DNA of 64,000 nucleotides, from assembly GCA_017854535.1 (NCBI GenBank), contig JAFMHL010000001.1:27365-91364 (forward strand), in the 5' to 3' direction. The stretch is from Nitratireductor sp. Its GTDB lineage: Bacteria; Pseudomonadota; Alphaproteobacteria; Rhizobiales; Rhizobiaceae. Every line of letters starts with the position of its first letter. Positions within the stretch are counted from its first letter, which is position 1. The translations under genes were made by a program, and so were the position numbers. The notes below the pieces were generated by a model. That model was not told the DNA's origin. It ran no database searches and worked only from the letters and a program-made list of their open reading frames with translations. Positions 27,811 through 36,750 of this stretch are shown here, piece by piece.

Positions 27811-29217
27811 GTGTCTAGTTTGTCTGATGTAATTGCCCAACACAAGAACCCGGTGGAGATGCTCCGCAATTCAAAGATAGGCATGTATGTTTATCCCGTC
27901 GTTGCTCCAGAATATACCAATTGGCGCGACGAGCAGCGTGCTTGGCGTGATAGTGCTGTCTTATTTGATCAGACGCATCACATGGATGAATTGATTGTTG
28001 AAGGACCAGACGCAGAAGCATTTTTGTCTCACGTAGGCATCAATAGCTTTCACAACATGGACTTGAACCGCGCTAAGCATTTTGTTCCTGTTACGCCAGC
28101 CGGTCATGTGGTTGGTGATATGATCATTTTCCGTGAACGCGCAGACAAGTTCATTCTCGTTGGTCGTGCGCCAACAGCTAACTGGACAAAATTCCAAGCG
28201 GCCATTGGCTCTTGGAAAGTGCGTATCATTCACGATCCACGCTCAGACTCCCGCCCAGATGGCAAAGCGATTTACAGAACGCATTACCGTTTCCAGATTC
28301 AGGGCCCAGATGCTGATAAAATATTCGAGAAAATGAATGGTGGACCAGTTCAAGAAGTTAAGTTTTTCCATGTTGACTGGATCAATGTAGGTTCCAAAAA
28401 GGTTCAGGCTTTGCGCCACGGCATGGCAGGTGCGCCAGGGTTGGAAATTTGGGGACCTTACGAAGACAAAGCCTATGTTCTTTCTACAATATTGCAGGCA
28501 GCGCGCGATGCCAAAGTTGATATGCGCCGAGTCGGTAGCCGGGCCTATTCAACGAACACATTAGAGTCAGGCTGGATCCCATCACCACTGCCTGGCATCT
28601 ATACTGGCGATGGGATGATGCAAGAATACCGTGACTGGCTAGGTGCAGATGCTTATGAAGCAATGGGTGCTATCGGCGGTAGTTTTGTTAGCGACAATAT
28701 CGAAGATTATTATGTGAACCCATTCGAGCTTGGTTATGGCTTTTACATTGGTTGGAAAAAGGAAAACTTCATCGGCAAAGATGCTTTGGTGAAACAGAAA
28801 GCAGCCAAAAACCGTAAAAAAGTTACGTTCGAATGGAATGCCGAAGACGTTGTTAAAGTGATTGCATCAGCTTTCAAGCCCGGCGAAGATCATTTCAAAT
28901 GGATTGATTTCCCGCAGCCGAACTATGCGTCAACAAGCGCCGATATGGTCATGAATGGTGACAAGATGGTCGGCATGAGCATGTTCAACGGTTACAGCTA
29001 TAATGAGCGCTGCATGTTGTCCCTTGGCGTTGTCGATGATGGCGTTCAAATTGGTGACGTGTTGACCATGAAATGGGGAGAGCCTGAAACAACAGGTAAA
29101 ACCTCGACAGAAAGTCACAAGCAAACTGAAATAAGAGTTCGGGTTTCTGAAACACCTTATGCAAGTGAAGCTCGTGAAAATTATGCTGACAGCTGGCGTA
29201 CGAAATCGAACGCCTAG
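27811..29217 (+). CDS. ligM: Tetrahydrofolate-dependent aryl O-demethylase, LigM/DesA family (vanillate / 3-O-methylgallate O-demethylase-like)
   Basis: 468 aa. GTG start after AGGAGGA. Long blocks match my memory of Sphingobium SYK-6 LigM: VEMLRNSKIGMYVYPVVAPEYTNWRDEQRAWRDSAVLFDQTHHM, RHGMAGAPGLEIWGPYE, GSRAYSTNTLESGWIPSPLPGIYTGD and GAIGGSFVSDNIEDYYVNP. Confidence 0.8.
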   Translation: MSSLSDVIAQHKNPVEMLRNSKIGMYVYPVVAPEYTNWRDEQRAWRDSAVLFDQTHHMDELIVEGPDAEAFLSHVGINSFHNMDLNRAKHFVPVTPAGHVVGDMIIFRERADKFILVGRAPTANWTKFQAAIGSWKVRIIHDPRSDSRPDGKAIYRTHYRFQIQGPDADKIFEKMNGGPVQEVKFFHVDWINVGSKKVQALRHGMAGAPGLEIWGPYEDKAYVLSTILQAARDAKVDMRRVGSRAYSTNTLESGWIPSPLPGIYTGDGMMQEYRDWLGADAYEAMGAIGGSFVSDNIEDYYVNPFELGYGFYIGWKKENFIGKDALVKQKAAKNRKKVTFEWNAEDVVKVIASAFKPGEDHFKWIDFPQPNYASTSADMVMNGDKMVGMSMFNGYSYNERCMLSLGVVDDGVQIGDVLTMKWGEPETTGKTSTESHKQTEIRVRVSETPYASEARENYADSWRTKSNA

Positions 29218-29326
29218 ACTGCATAAGGTTTGAATAAACCAAAATCACATGTGGGCCGGGATGTCTTGGCCCACCAAATACCTGAAACGGGAATCGTCCT
29301 GTTCAGTTTTTTCGGGAGGAAACATT

Positions 29327-30307
29327 ATGAAACTACGTACCGCTTTATTGGCAACTGCATTGGCTGTTGGAATTGCATTCCCGGTTGTTGCTGAAGAATT
29401 GAAATTCGCAAACTTCACACCACCATTTCACACAATTAATGCGTCTGTGATTGAAAAACTAAATGAGAAAGTGTCAGCTTCCACCAATGGAGCGCTGACA
29501 GTTCGTGGTTATCACGGCGGCGAATTGGGCAAAGGCCCAGTTGAACAATATGTTCGTGTTGTGCAGGGTGCCGCCGATATCGGTTGGGGTTTGCCAGGAT
29601 ATACTTCGTCTCAGTTCGGTAAAACAATGATCGTCGAAATGCCTGATGCTATTCCTTTGGATATGGCTGGCTATGATGCTTTGTGGCGTGCTTACAATGA
29701 TCATTTGGCATCTGAGTTCCCGGGTACTAAGCCATTGGCGCTTTGGACTTCAGAGCCGAATATCTTCATTATGAAAGACAAGCAGATCCGCAAGCCTGAA
29801 GACTTGAAAGGTCTGAAGATCAGGGTTGCTGGCGCTACTGCTGCTGAAGTTGCTGAATCACTTGGTGCGACACCCGTTCAAATGCCGATCAACGAAGTTT
29901 ACAACTCATTGCAAACTGGTCTGATCGACGGTGTTATCACTGGCGCGTCAACATTGTCAGATTTTAAACTGGATGAAGTAGCGAACAGTTTCACCATAGG
30001 TGCAAACCTTGGACGTCTAGCTTTTTACACTGTCATGGCAAAGTCCAAATATGACGCTTTGCCAGACGATCAGAAAAAAGCAATTGATGATGCATCCGGT
30101 ATGGAGCTATCCATGTCTGCAGAAACCGCTTGGAATGCTGCTGCTGATGCTGCATTGAAAGTTGCTCGTGAATCTTCTGACAATACAGTGATCGATTTGA
30201 GCGCTGAAGAGATCAAGGTATTTGCTGATGCGGTAGATGCCGTTACTCAGAAATACGTTAGCTCGGTTGATGGCGCTTCAACCCTCGCTCAAATGCGCGG
30301 CAACTAA
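29327..30307 (+). CDS. TRAP transporter solute-binding subunit (DctP family)
   Basis: Signal peptide MKLRTALLATALAVGIAFPVVAEE. DctP-type length, with downstream Q and M genes. The ATG at 29327 follows GGGAGGA. Confidence 0.8.
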   Translation: MKLRTALLATALAVGIAFPVVAEELKFANFTPPFHTINASVIEKLNEKVSASTNGALTVRGYHGGELGKGPVEQYVRVVQGAADIGWGLPGYTSSQFGKTMIVEMPDAIPLDMAGYDALWRAYNDHLASEFPGTKPLALWTSEPNIFIMKDKQIRKPEDLKGLKIRVAGATAAEVAESLGATPVQMPINEVYNSLQTGLIDGVITGASTLSDFKLDEVANSFTIGANLGRLAFYTVMAKSKYDALPDDQKKAIDDASGMELSMSAETAWNAAADAALKVARESSDNTVIDLSAEEIKVFADAVDAVTQKYVSSVDGASTLAQMRGN

Positions 30308-30814
30308 GTGATCCTCAAACTTAGAAACTCTGCGGACAGGCTAATCAGCCTGTCTGCCACAATCGGCTCAATCGGCTTGATTGTGGAAGTAGGTATTATC
30401 TTGGTCGATGTTATAGGTCGCGCCTTTGGAAGCCCGTTATATGGCTCTCAGGATTTGGTAACAATGACAATGGTGCTGCTGGTGTTTGGCGGCATGGCTC
30501 TTTGCGATAGGCGGGGCGGGCATATTGCTGTTGATATATTTGAACGCAAATTTCCCGATTGGCTAAACAAGATGATCGACATTTTCTCGGCTCTGCTCGG
30601 CGCATTTATTTTCATCATGATTGCGTGGACCGTTTATGAAAGTTCGCAGCTAAGTGTGATGCTCAACCTTTCAACGAACCTTCTTAGACTTCCCAAATCA
30701 ATTTTTCAGTGGGCACTTTGCGGCCTCGCTCTGCTGACAGCTTTTGCCATGTTGCTGCGCGCGGCAGAATTGACGTTTTCAAATCGTGATATTCGCCAGG
30801 AGGGCGAACTTTAA
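30308..30814 (+). CDS. TRAP transporter small permease (DctQ family)
   Basis: 168 aa, 4 TM helices. The GTG start directly abuts the DctP stop. Confidence 0.75.
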   Translation: MILKLRNSADRLISLSATIGSIGLIVEVGIILVDVIGRAFGSPLYGSQDLVTMTMVLLVFGGMALCDRRGGHIAVDIFERKFPDWLNKMIDIFSALLGAFIFIMIAWTVYESSQLSVMLNLSTNLLRLPKSIFQWALCGLALLTAFAMLLRAAELTFSNRDIRQEGEL

Positions 30815-32118
30815 TGGACGGTGGTACTATCGGGCTAATCGGCATCGCCGTTCTTCTCTTTCTGCTGCTTGTTCGGGTGCCAGTGGCGTTTGCAATGTTC
30901 CTGATTGGGTTTTTGGGAATCTGGCAGCTCAATGGTTTTGATGCGGCGAAAAGTTTGCTTGCTTCGGAAACGTTTACCCTTGCTTCTAGTCCGGAATTGA
31001 TTGTCGTTCCGCTCTTTATCCTGATGGGTAATGTGGCAAGTGTTACAGGGATGAGCCGAAAACTTTACGATGCTGCCTATGCCATGATTGGCCAAATTCG
31101 AGGCGGTCTAGCATCTGCAACTGTGCTTGCTTGTGGCGGATTTGCCGCCCTTTCAGGCTCGTCCGTTGCCTCGGCGCTTACCATGGGCAAGGTGTCACTC
31201 GTCCAGATGGATCGGTTCAATTATGATCCAAGGCTTGCAACAGGCGTGGTTGCAGCAGGGGGAACGCTTGGCATTCTTATTCCGCCATCAACTGGATTTG
31301 TGATCTATGCAATTTTGACAGAGCAGTCGATTGGGCGTCTATTCTTGGCAGGTGTATTACCGGGCTTTTTGCTTCTGACGATGTTCGTATTGACGATTAC
31401 TATCCTTTGCTGGCTAAAACCTGAATATGGCCCACCTGGGCCAAAGACAACTTTCTTGGAAAAAGGCAGGTCTCTAATTGGTGCAATGCCGATATTGATT
31501 GTTATTCTTGTCACGATTGGCGGTATTTATGGCGGGCTGTTTTCCCCAGTTGAAGCTGCTGGTGTCGGGGCTGGTCTTGTTATCGTTTATGGCGCTCTGA
31601 CACGAACTTTGTCCTTTAAGGACCTCTGGTTTTCCGCGCGCGATAGTGTGGTAACGACAGCAACTGTTATGTTGATCCTCATTGGCGCTCATATGATCAA
31701 CCCGTTTTTGGCACTAAGCCATATACCGGATGTCGTCGGTAATGCGTTGACCTCATTAGAATTGGGTGTATTTGGAACCTTGTTTGTAATCCTCGGGATT
31801 TACATGGTTCTTGGCTGCTTTCTCGAAGGCTTTGCCATGTTGGTTCTCACCCTTCCGATTTTCTTTCCAGTTACACAACAGCTGGGCATTGATCCAATCT
31901 GGTTTGGCGTTCTGGTTGTTCTAACATTGGAAATGGGGCTGATTTCTCCGCCAGTTGGTATCAATGTATTCATTGTGAAATCGGTAGCGCCAAATGTAGA
32001 GCTGGGGCAGATTTTCAGAGGCGTTGTGCCGTTTTGGTTAGCCATGCTTGTTACGTTGGGTATCCTAATTGCGTTTCCACAACTGTCTCTCCTGCTGCCT
32101 GATACGATGTTCAACTAA
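30814..32118 (+). CDS. TRAP transporter large permease (DctM family)
   Basis: 434 aa, 12 TM-type. The start overlaps the DctQ stop (TAATG). Confidence 0.85.
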   Translation: MDGGTIGLIGIAVLLFLLLVRVPVAFAMFLIGFLGIWQLNGFDAAKSLLASETFTLASSPELIVVPLFILMGNVASVTGMSRKLYDAAYAMIGQIRGGLASATVLACGGFAALSGSSVASALTMGKVSLVQMDRFNYDPRLATGVVAAGGTLGILIPPSTGFVIYAILTEQSIGRLFLAGVLPGFLLLTMFVLTITILCWLKPEYGPPGPKTTFLEKGRSLIGAMPILIVILVTIGGIYGGLFSPVEAAGVGAGLVIVYGALTRTLSFKDLWFSARDSVVTTATVMLILIGAHMINPFLALSHIPDVVGNALTSLELGVFGTLFVILGIYMVLGCFLEGFAMLVLTLPIFFPVTQQLGIDPIWFGVLVVLTLEMGLISPPVGINVFIVKSVAPNVELGQIFRGVVPFWLAMLVTLGILIAFPQLSLLLPDTMFN

Positions 32119-32132
32119 CTTGGGAATAGGGT

Positions 32133-32819
32133 ATGACTACCACGATACTTATTCCGGGATTGTTATGTGATGCATTCGTGTGGGAGCCGCTTGTCAAAAA
32201 AATAGAAAGGGCAGTACGGGTTGCCGATCTTTCAACTCAAGATGATTTGACTGTTATGGCAAAGGACTGCCTTGCCATGGCAGAAGGGCAGCTCACCCTT
32301 GCTGGACACTCTATGGGTGGGCGTGTTGCGATGGAGATGGCGCGCCTGGCACCAGAACGTATCGAGCGAATGGTTTTGCTGGATACTGGCATTCACCCGT
32401 TGAAAGAGGGCGAGTTAGAAAAACGTAATGAGATCGTTCGTTTAGCTCATGAAAATGGAATGCAAGCACTCGTTGAAAACTGGCTGCCCGGAATGGTGTA
32501 TGAGCCCAATCAAAAAAACAAAGCTTTGATGGATGGGTTGAGCGAAATGATTTTACGCTGCGATACGGAGATGCATGAAAGGCAAATAAGGGCGCTGATC
32601 AATCGTCCGGACGCGTCAGCTTATCTTCAACATATTTCTTGCCCTGTGATGCTGGTTGTAGGTCGTGAAGATTTATGGAGCCCGGTTGCCCAGCATGAGG
32701 AAATGCTGGCATTGTTGGCCAGTGCAAAATTAGGAATAATAGAAGATGCGGGACACTTTGCTCCGGTAGAAAAGCCGGATGAGTGTTCTGAATTATGTGT
32801 AGAATTTATCAATCAATAG
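32133..32819 (+). CDS. Alpha/beta-fold hydrolase (esterase / enol-lactonase-like)
   Basis: 228 aa. Nucleophile elbow GHSMGG and a late DAGH (catalytic His context). Confidence 0.7.
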   Translation: MTTTILIPGLLCDAFVWEPLVKKIERAVRVADLSTQDDLTVMAKDCLAMAEGQLTLAGHSMGGRVAMEMARLAPERIERMVLLDTGIHPLKEGELEKRNEIVRLAHENGMQALVENWLPGMVYEPNQKNKALMDGLSEMILRCDTEMHERQIRALINRPDASAYLQHISCPVMLVVGREDLWSPVAQHEEMLALLASAKLGIIEDAGHFAPVEKPDECSELCVEFINQ

Positions 32820-32964
32820 GGAGGTTTTGATCTAACATTCGACTAAAATTAGTTTTTCAAGCAAGTGAGGGTTTTGCTGATTGCCAAGCTTTGGAAGAGA
32901 TGCAAGACTATATTTAACGCCGATATCTGAGGAGGTATAACGGCTTCATTCTAGGGAGAAAAAA

Positions 32965-34176
32965 ATGATTAGAAGAAATGTTCTTAAGGTGCTCGCATCG
33001 ACTTCGATTGCTGCAGTAACCGGTCTTACAATGACATTTGGCGCCTTTGCCGCCGACACTATTAAAATTGGTGCAGTTGCCCCAAAGACTGGTCCATTGG
33101 CTGGCGGCGCTGTCATTACTCAATGGCCAAATGTTGAATTATGGGTGAAGCAGGTGAATGCTCGTGGTGGCTTGAAACTCAAAGACGGTCAAAAAATGAT
33201 CGAGCTGATCGAGTATGATGACAAGACCAATCCTGCAGAGCACATCAAGGCGGTCCAGCGTTTGGCTACGCAAGATAAAGTTGATTTTATCATCGCTCCT
33301 TATGGTACTGGTTTCAATGTGGCCGCGGCCCCAATTTACGCCAAATATGGCTATCCACAAATTGCAGTCAGCGCCATCTCGGACAAAATTGAAGAGCTGA
33401 CTGAAAGATATCCTACATTGTTCTTTACATTAGGAACTACCACTTCATTTGTTGAAGGGGTGAGGGATATTCTTGTTAAGATGAAAGATGAAGGTAAGAT
33501 CGGTAACAAGATTGCGATGGTCAATGTGGCCGATGCATTTGGTATTGAACTGGCCGACGCAGCTCGTCCGATTTTTAAAGATGCGGGATTTGAGCTCGTT
33601 TATGACAAGTCGTATCCGCTTGGAACGCCTGATCTTTCTCCGGTTATGAAGGGTGCCAAAGCTTCTAACCCTGATGCCTTTGTAGCGTGGTCTTATCCGC
33701 CGGATACATTTGCACTCGCAGAGCAAGCCATCATCGAAAATCTTGATGTGAAAGCTTATTATTCTGCGGTCGCAACGTGCTTCCCAGCATTTGCTGGAAA
33801 GTTTGGATCGAAAATCAACGGGGTACTTGGCGCTGGTGGCGTTGATCCGACGACTGAGAAGATGATGTCTTATCGTGCAGAGCATGAAAAGCTAACTGGC
33901 AAAGTGCCGGACTATTGGGCATCAGCGAACACCTATGTTTCTTTGCAAATTCTTGAGCAGGCAATAGAAGGCGTCGGCTCAACTGACAAGGCAGCTGTCA
34001 CTGAATTCATCAAAAGCAACACATTTGATACCATCATGGGTGATATCAAATTTGAGAACCAATTCTCCAACAAGTTTTGGACCGTTGGACAATGGCAAGA
34101 TGGGGTCTTCAAAGGCGTTTCGTCCATCAATGTTGATGGCGCTGTTCCTGTTGTTGAAAAATCCGGCTGGAATTAA
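32965..34176 (+). CDS. ABC transporter periplasmic binding protein, LivJ/Peripla_BP_6 type
   Basis: 403 aa. Signal peptide ending FAADTIKIGAV, with the typical PKTGPLAGG start of the mature domain. Confidence 0.8.
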   Translation: MIRRNVLKVLASTSIAAVTGLTMTFGAFAADTIKIGAVAPKTGPLAGGAVITQWPNVELWVKQVNARGGLKLKDGQKMIELIEYDDKTNPAEHIKAVQRLATQDKVDFIIAPYGTGFNVAAAPIYAKYGYPQIAVSAISDKIEELTERYPTLFFTLGTTTSFVEGVRDILVKMKDEGKIGNKIAMVNVADAFGIELADAARPIFKDAGFELVYDKSYPLGTPDLSPVMKGAKASNPDAFVAWSYPPDTFALAEQAIIENLDVKAYYSAVATCFPAFAGKFGSKINGVLGAGGVDPTTEKMMSYRAEHEKLTGKVPDYWASANTYVSLQILEQAIEGVGSTDKAAVTEFIKSNTFDTIMGDIKFENQFSNKFWTVGQWQDGVFKGVSSINVDGAVPVVEKSGWN

Positions 34177-34235
34177 GCGCATTGTAAACAGTTGCGGGGG
34201 ACATAGCTCCTCCGTGATTGTGCGTGGATAATTTG

Positions 34236-35099
34236 ATGGATATTCTTGTTTCTGGATTTTTGTTGGCCGGAACCTATGCGTTGATCGCAATGGGGCTGAA
34301 CTTACAATATGGTGTCGCTCGCATCATGAATCTTGCCAATGGTGAGATGATTGTGCTTGGGGCGCTAGCAGCCTTTTGGGCATTTACATCTTACCAGATA
34401 TCACCACTGCTTACCTTGTTTTTGGCCGCTCCACTTTCGTTTATTGGGAACTGGTTGATCTACAAATTCTTGCTAAGGCCGCTTGTGAAACGAGCGAAAA
34501 ATCAAGGGCAATTGGAAGTGGATTCCATCTTGGCAACTTTCGGTATTTCATTTGCTTTGGTGGGTATAATGGTCTCCATCCATGGCGAATATTTCACATA
34601 TTCATTTTTAGCCAATCCTATCGAGGTCTTAGGATCGACAGTTGCTGAAAACAGACTGGTAGCGTTTTTCATTGCACTTGCAATCGGCCTTGTTCTTTAT
34701 TTGTGGCTTAATCACACGCGCGCTGGCACCTCAGTAAGAGCAGTTGCGGTCAATGCAGATTCAGCTCGGTTGGTTGGCATAAATGTTGATAAAGTAAGCG
34801 CGCTTACATTCGCTCTAGGCGGTGCGATAGCAACTGTCGGGGGTGTGTTGATTTCAACGTTTATCACCCTTGATGCATCTATTGGCGTAATTTTTACCAT
34901 GAAGGCTTTGATCATCGTGATCATGGGCGGGGTAGGTGATATCAGAGGCGCCATAATTGCTGCGCTCATTTTAGGTATCGTTGAAACTGGGGTAGCCACT
35001 TTGGTTGATCCCGGGCTTACTTTGGTTGCCGCATATTTCATCTTTTTGCTGGTTCTACTTTTCAGACCACAAGGTCTGTTTGGGAGGAGGAGTACATGA
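34236..35099 (+). CDS. Branched-chain-amino-acid-type ABC permease (LivH family)
   Basis: The start at MDILVSGFLLAGTYALIAMGLNLQYG is the canonical LivH N-terminus. The track ORF begins at 34218. Confidence 0.8.
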   Translation: MDILVSGFLLAGTYALIAMGLNLQYGVARIMNLANGEMIVLGALAAFWAFTSYQISPLLTLFLAAPLSFIGNWLIYKFLLRPLVKRAKNQGQLEVDSILATFGISFALVGIMVSIHGEYFTYSFLANPIEVLGSTVAENRLVAFFIALAIGLVLYLWLNHTRAGTSVRAVAVNADSARLVGINVDKVSALTFALGGAIATVGGVLISTFITLDASIGVIFTMKALIIVIMGGVGDIRGAIIAALILGIVETGVATLVDPGLTLVAAYFIFLLVLLFRPQGLFGRRST

Positions 35100-36022
35100 G
35101 TGAAATGAAATGGGGATGGCCAGTTATCGGAGCGGCTCTATTTTTACTATCCGCTTTTATTCCATTAATTGCAGATGGATATTGGATGTCGATCGCAGTG
35201 ACCATTGCCATGTACACAGCACTGGCGACCAGCTGGGCGCTGTTTTCCGGACCAACCCATTACATCTCATTGGCCAGCGGGGCATTTTTCGGAATTGGCG
35301 GTTATTTGGTCGCTACCGCCATGAGCGATTATGATCTTTCGTTTTGGCTGATGTTGGTGGTTGCACCATTAGTGTCTGCTCTTGTGGCGGCACTGATAGG
35401 CTTTGCTACCCTTCGCCTTTCGGGCGTTTATTTTGTTATTTTCACTCTTGGCCTTGCCGAGATGATCCGCAATCTTGTTTCTTGGGTTCAGAACAATTTC
35501 CTGGGTTCGCGCGGACTATACGTCCTTACAGATTTTACAGAAGCGCATATCTATTGGATGCTGCTTGTTGTTTGTCTCGTTATTTTCGTTTTTGGATGGT
35601 GGCTGTCGCGCAGTCGCCTAGGTTTTGCCTTGAAAATTATTGGTAATGACGAAGAAGTTGCAAAACATGTGGGCATTAATACAGCGCTTGCCAAAGTTCT
35701 TGTATTTACGACAACTGGATTTTTTGGCGCTCTTGTGGGTGTGATTATTGCACCGCGTTATTCGTATATTGAACCCAATCAAGTGTTCTCGCCTGAGCTT
35801 AGTTTCATGGTGGTTATCATGGCATTGTTAGGCGGTGCACATCGCTTGTGGGGCCCGTTGGTCGGCGTGATCCCATTTGCGTTGGTTTGGGAAACGATAA
35901 CAATTGCTTTTCCGAATTCAACTACGTTTTTTCTTGGGTTGGCATTCCTGTTTATTGTCTATTTCATTCCGCATGGATTTGCCGGTTTGATTGAGAAGCA
36001 TTGGCTGAGGTTGCGATCATGA
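35096..36022 (+). CDS. Branched-chain-amino-acid-type ABC permease (LivM family)
   Basis: 308 aa, polytopic. Overlaps the LivH stop (ATGA). Confidence 0.8.
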   Translation: MSEMKWGWPVIGAALFLLSAFIPLIADGYWMSIAVTIAMYTALATSWALFSGPTHYISLASGAFFGIGGYLVATAMSDYDLSFWLMLVVAPLVSALVAALIGFATLRLSGVYFVIFTLGLAEMIRNLVSWVQNNFLGSRGLYVLTDFTEAHIYWMLLVVCLVIFVFGWWLSRSRLGFALKIIGNDEEVAKHVGINTALAKVLVFTTTGFFGALVGVIIAPRYSYIEPNQVFSPELSFMVVIMALLGGAHRLWGPLVGVIPFALVWETITIAFPNSTTFFLGLAFLFIVYFIPHGFAGLIEKHWLRLRS

Positions 36023-36750
36023 CAACAGGCCGCACACTTTTGAAAGTCAATAACATCACCAAGCGCTTCGGTGGTTTAGTGGCAGTAGATAATGTAAGCT
36101 TTGACGTGAAAGAACATGAAGTCTTGGGCCTGATTGGACCTAATGGCTCGGGTAAAACGACCATTATGAATTTAATTTCTGGCGCGTTTAAAGTTTCGTC
36201 GGGAACCATTTCAATGCAAAGCCGCCGCTTGTCTTCCTTACCAGCTCACCAGATTTCTCGTGCTGGGGTTGCGCGCACGTTTCAGTTGGTTCGTATTCTT
36301 CCAAGCCTGACTATTATTGAAAATGTCATGGCAGGATCTGGCTTTGGTCATCGGCGCCAATGGGGCCGTGAAGCGTGCCATCAGGCAGAGGCTTTGCTTG
36401 AACGTCTAGGCTTGGGTGCGCAAATGCATGATCCGGCTGCATCACTTACCTATATTGATCAAAAGCGATTGGAGCTTGCCCGTGCGTTGGCTGGAGAGCC
36501 GCGCGTATTGCTGTTGGATGAGTGGTTGGCGGGGCTCAACCCGACCGAACTTCAAATCGGTATTGATCTGGTTTCACAGCTGCGCAAAGAAGGTCGTACA
36601 ATCATTTTGGTCGAGCATGTTATGGATGCTATTCGCTCTTTGTGTGATCGATGTGTCGTGATGAACTCTGGTGAGAAAATCGCTGAAGGAACGCCTGCAC
36701 AAGTACTTTCGGACAAAGAAGTCATTCATGCCTATTTGGGAGATGACTAA
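36019..36750 (+). CDS. ABC transporter ATP-binding protein (LivG family)
   Basis: Walker A GPNGSGKTT, signature-region context and Walker B LLLDEWLAG. The ATG at 36019 overlaps the LivM stop (ATGA). The track lists a TTG at 36001. Confidence 0.85.
   Translation: MTTGRTLLKVNNITKRFGGLVAVDNVSFDVKEHEVLGLIGPNGSGKTTIMNLISGAFKVSSGTISMQSRRLSSLPAHQISRAGVARTFQLVRILPSLTIIENVMAGSGFGHRRQWGREACHQAEALLERLGLGAQMHDPAASLTYIDQKRLELARALAGEPRVLLLDEWLAGLNPTELQIGIDLVSQLRKEGRTIILVEHVMDAIRSLCDRCVVMNSGEKIAEGTPAQVLSDKEVIHAYLGDD

Noticed and set aside
29251-29274. Hairpin GTGGGCC-N10-GGCCCAC after the LigM-like gene as a rho-independent terminator
   Set aside because: No U-tract follows it, and the DctP gene downstream looks co-oriented and possibly co-transcribed. 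At best it is an mRNA-stabilising or partial attenuating stem.
33445-33885. 146-aa minus-strand ORF inside the LivJ-type binding-protein gene
   Set aside because: Arg/Ile/Cys-rich nonsense-like translation. The sense-strand gene is well supported.
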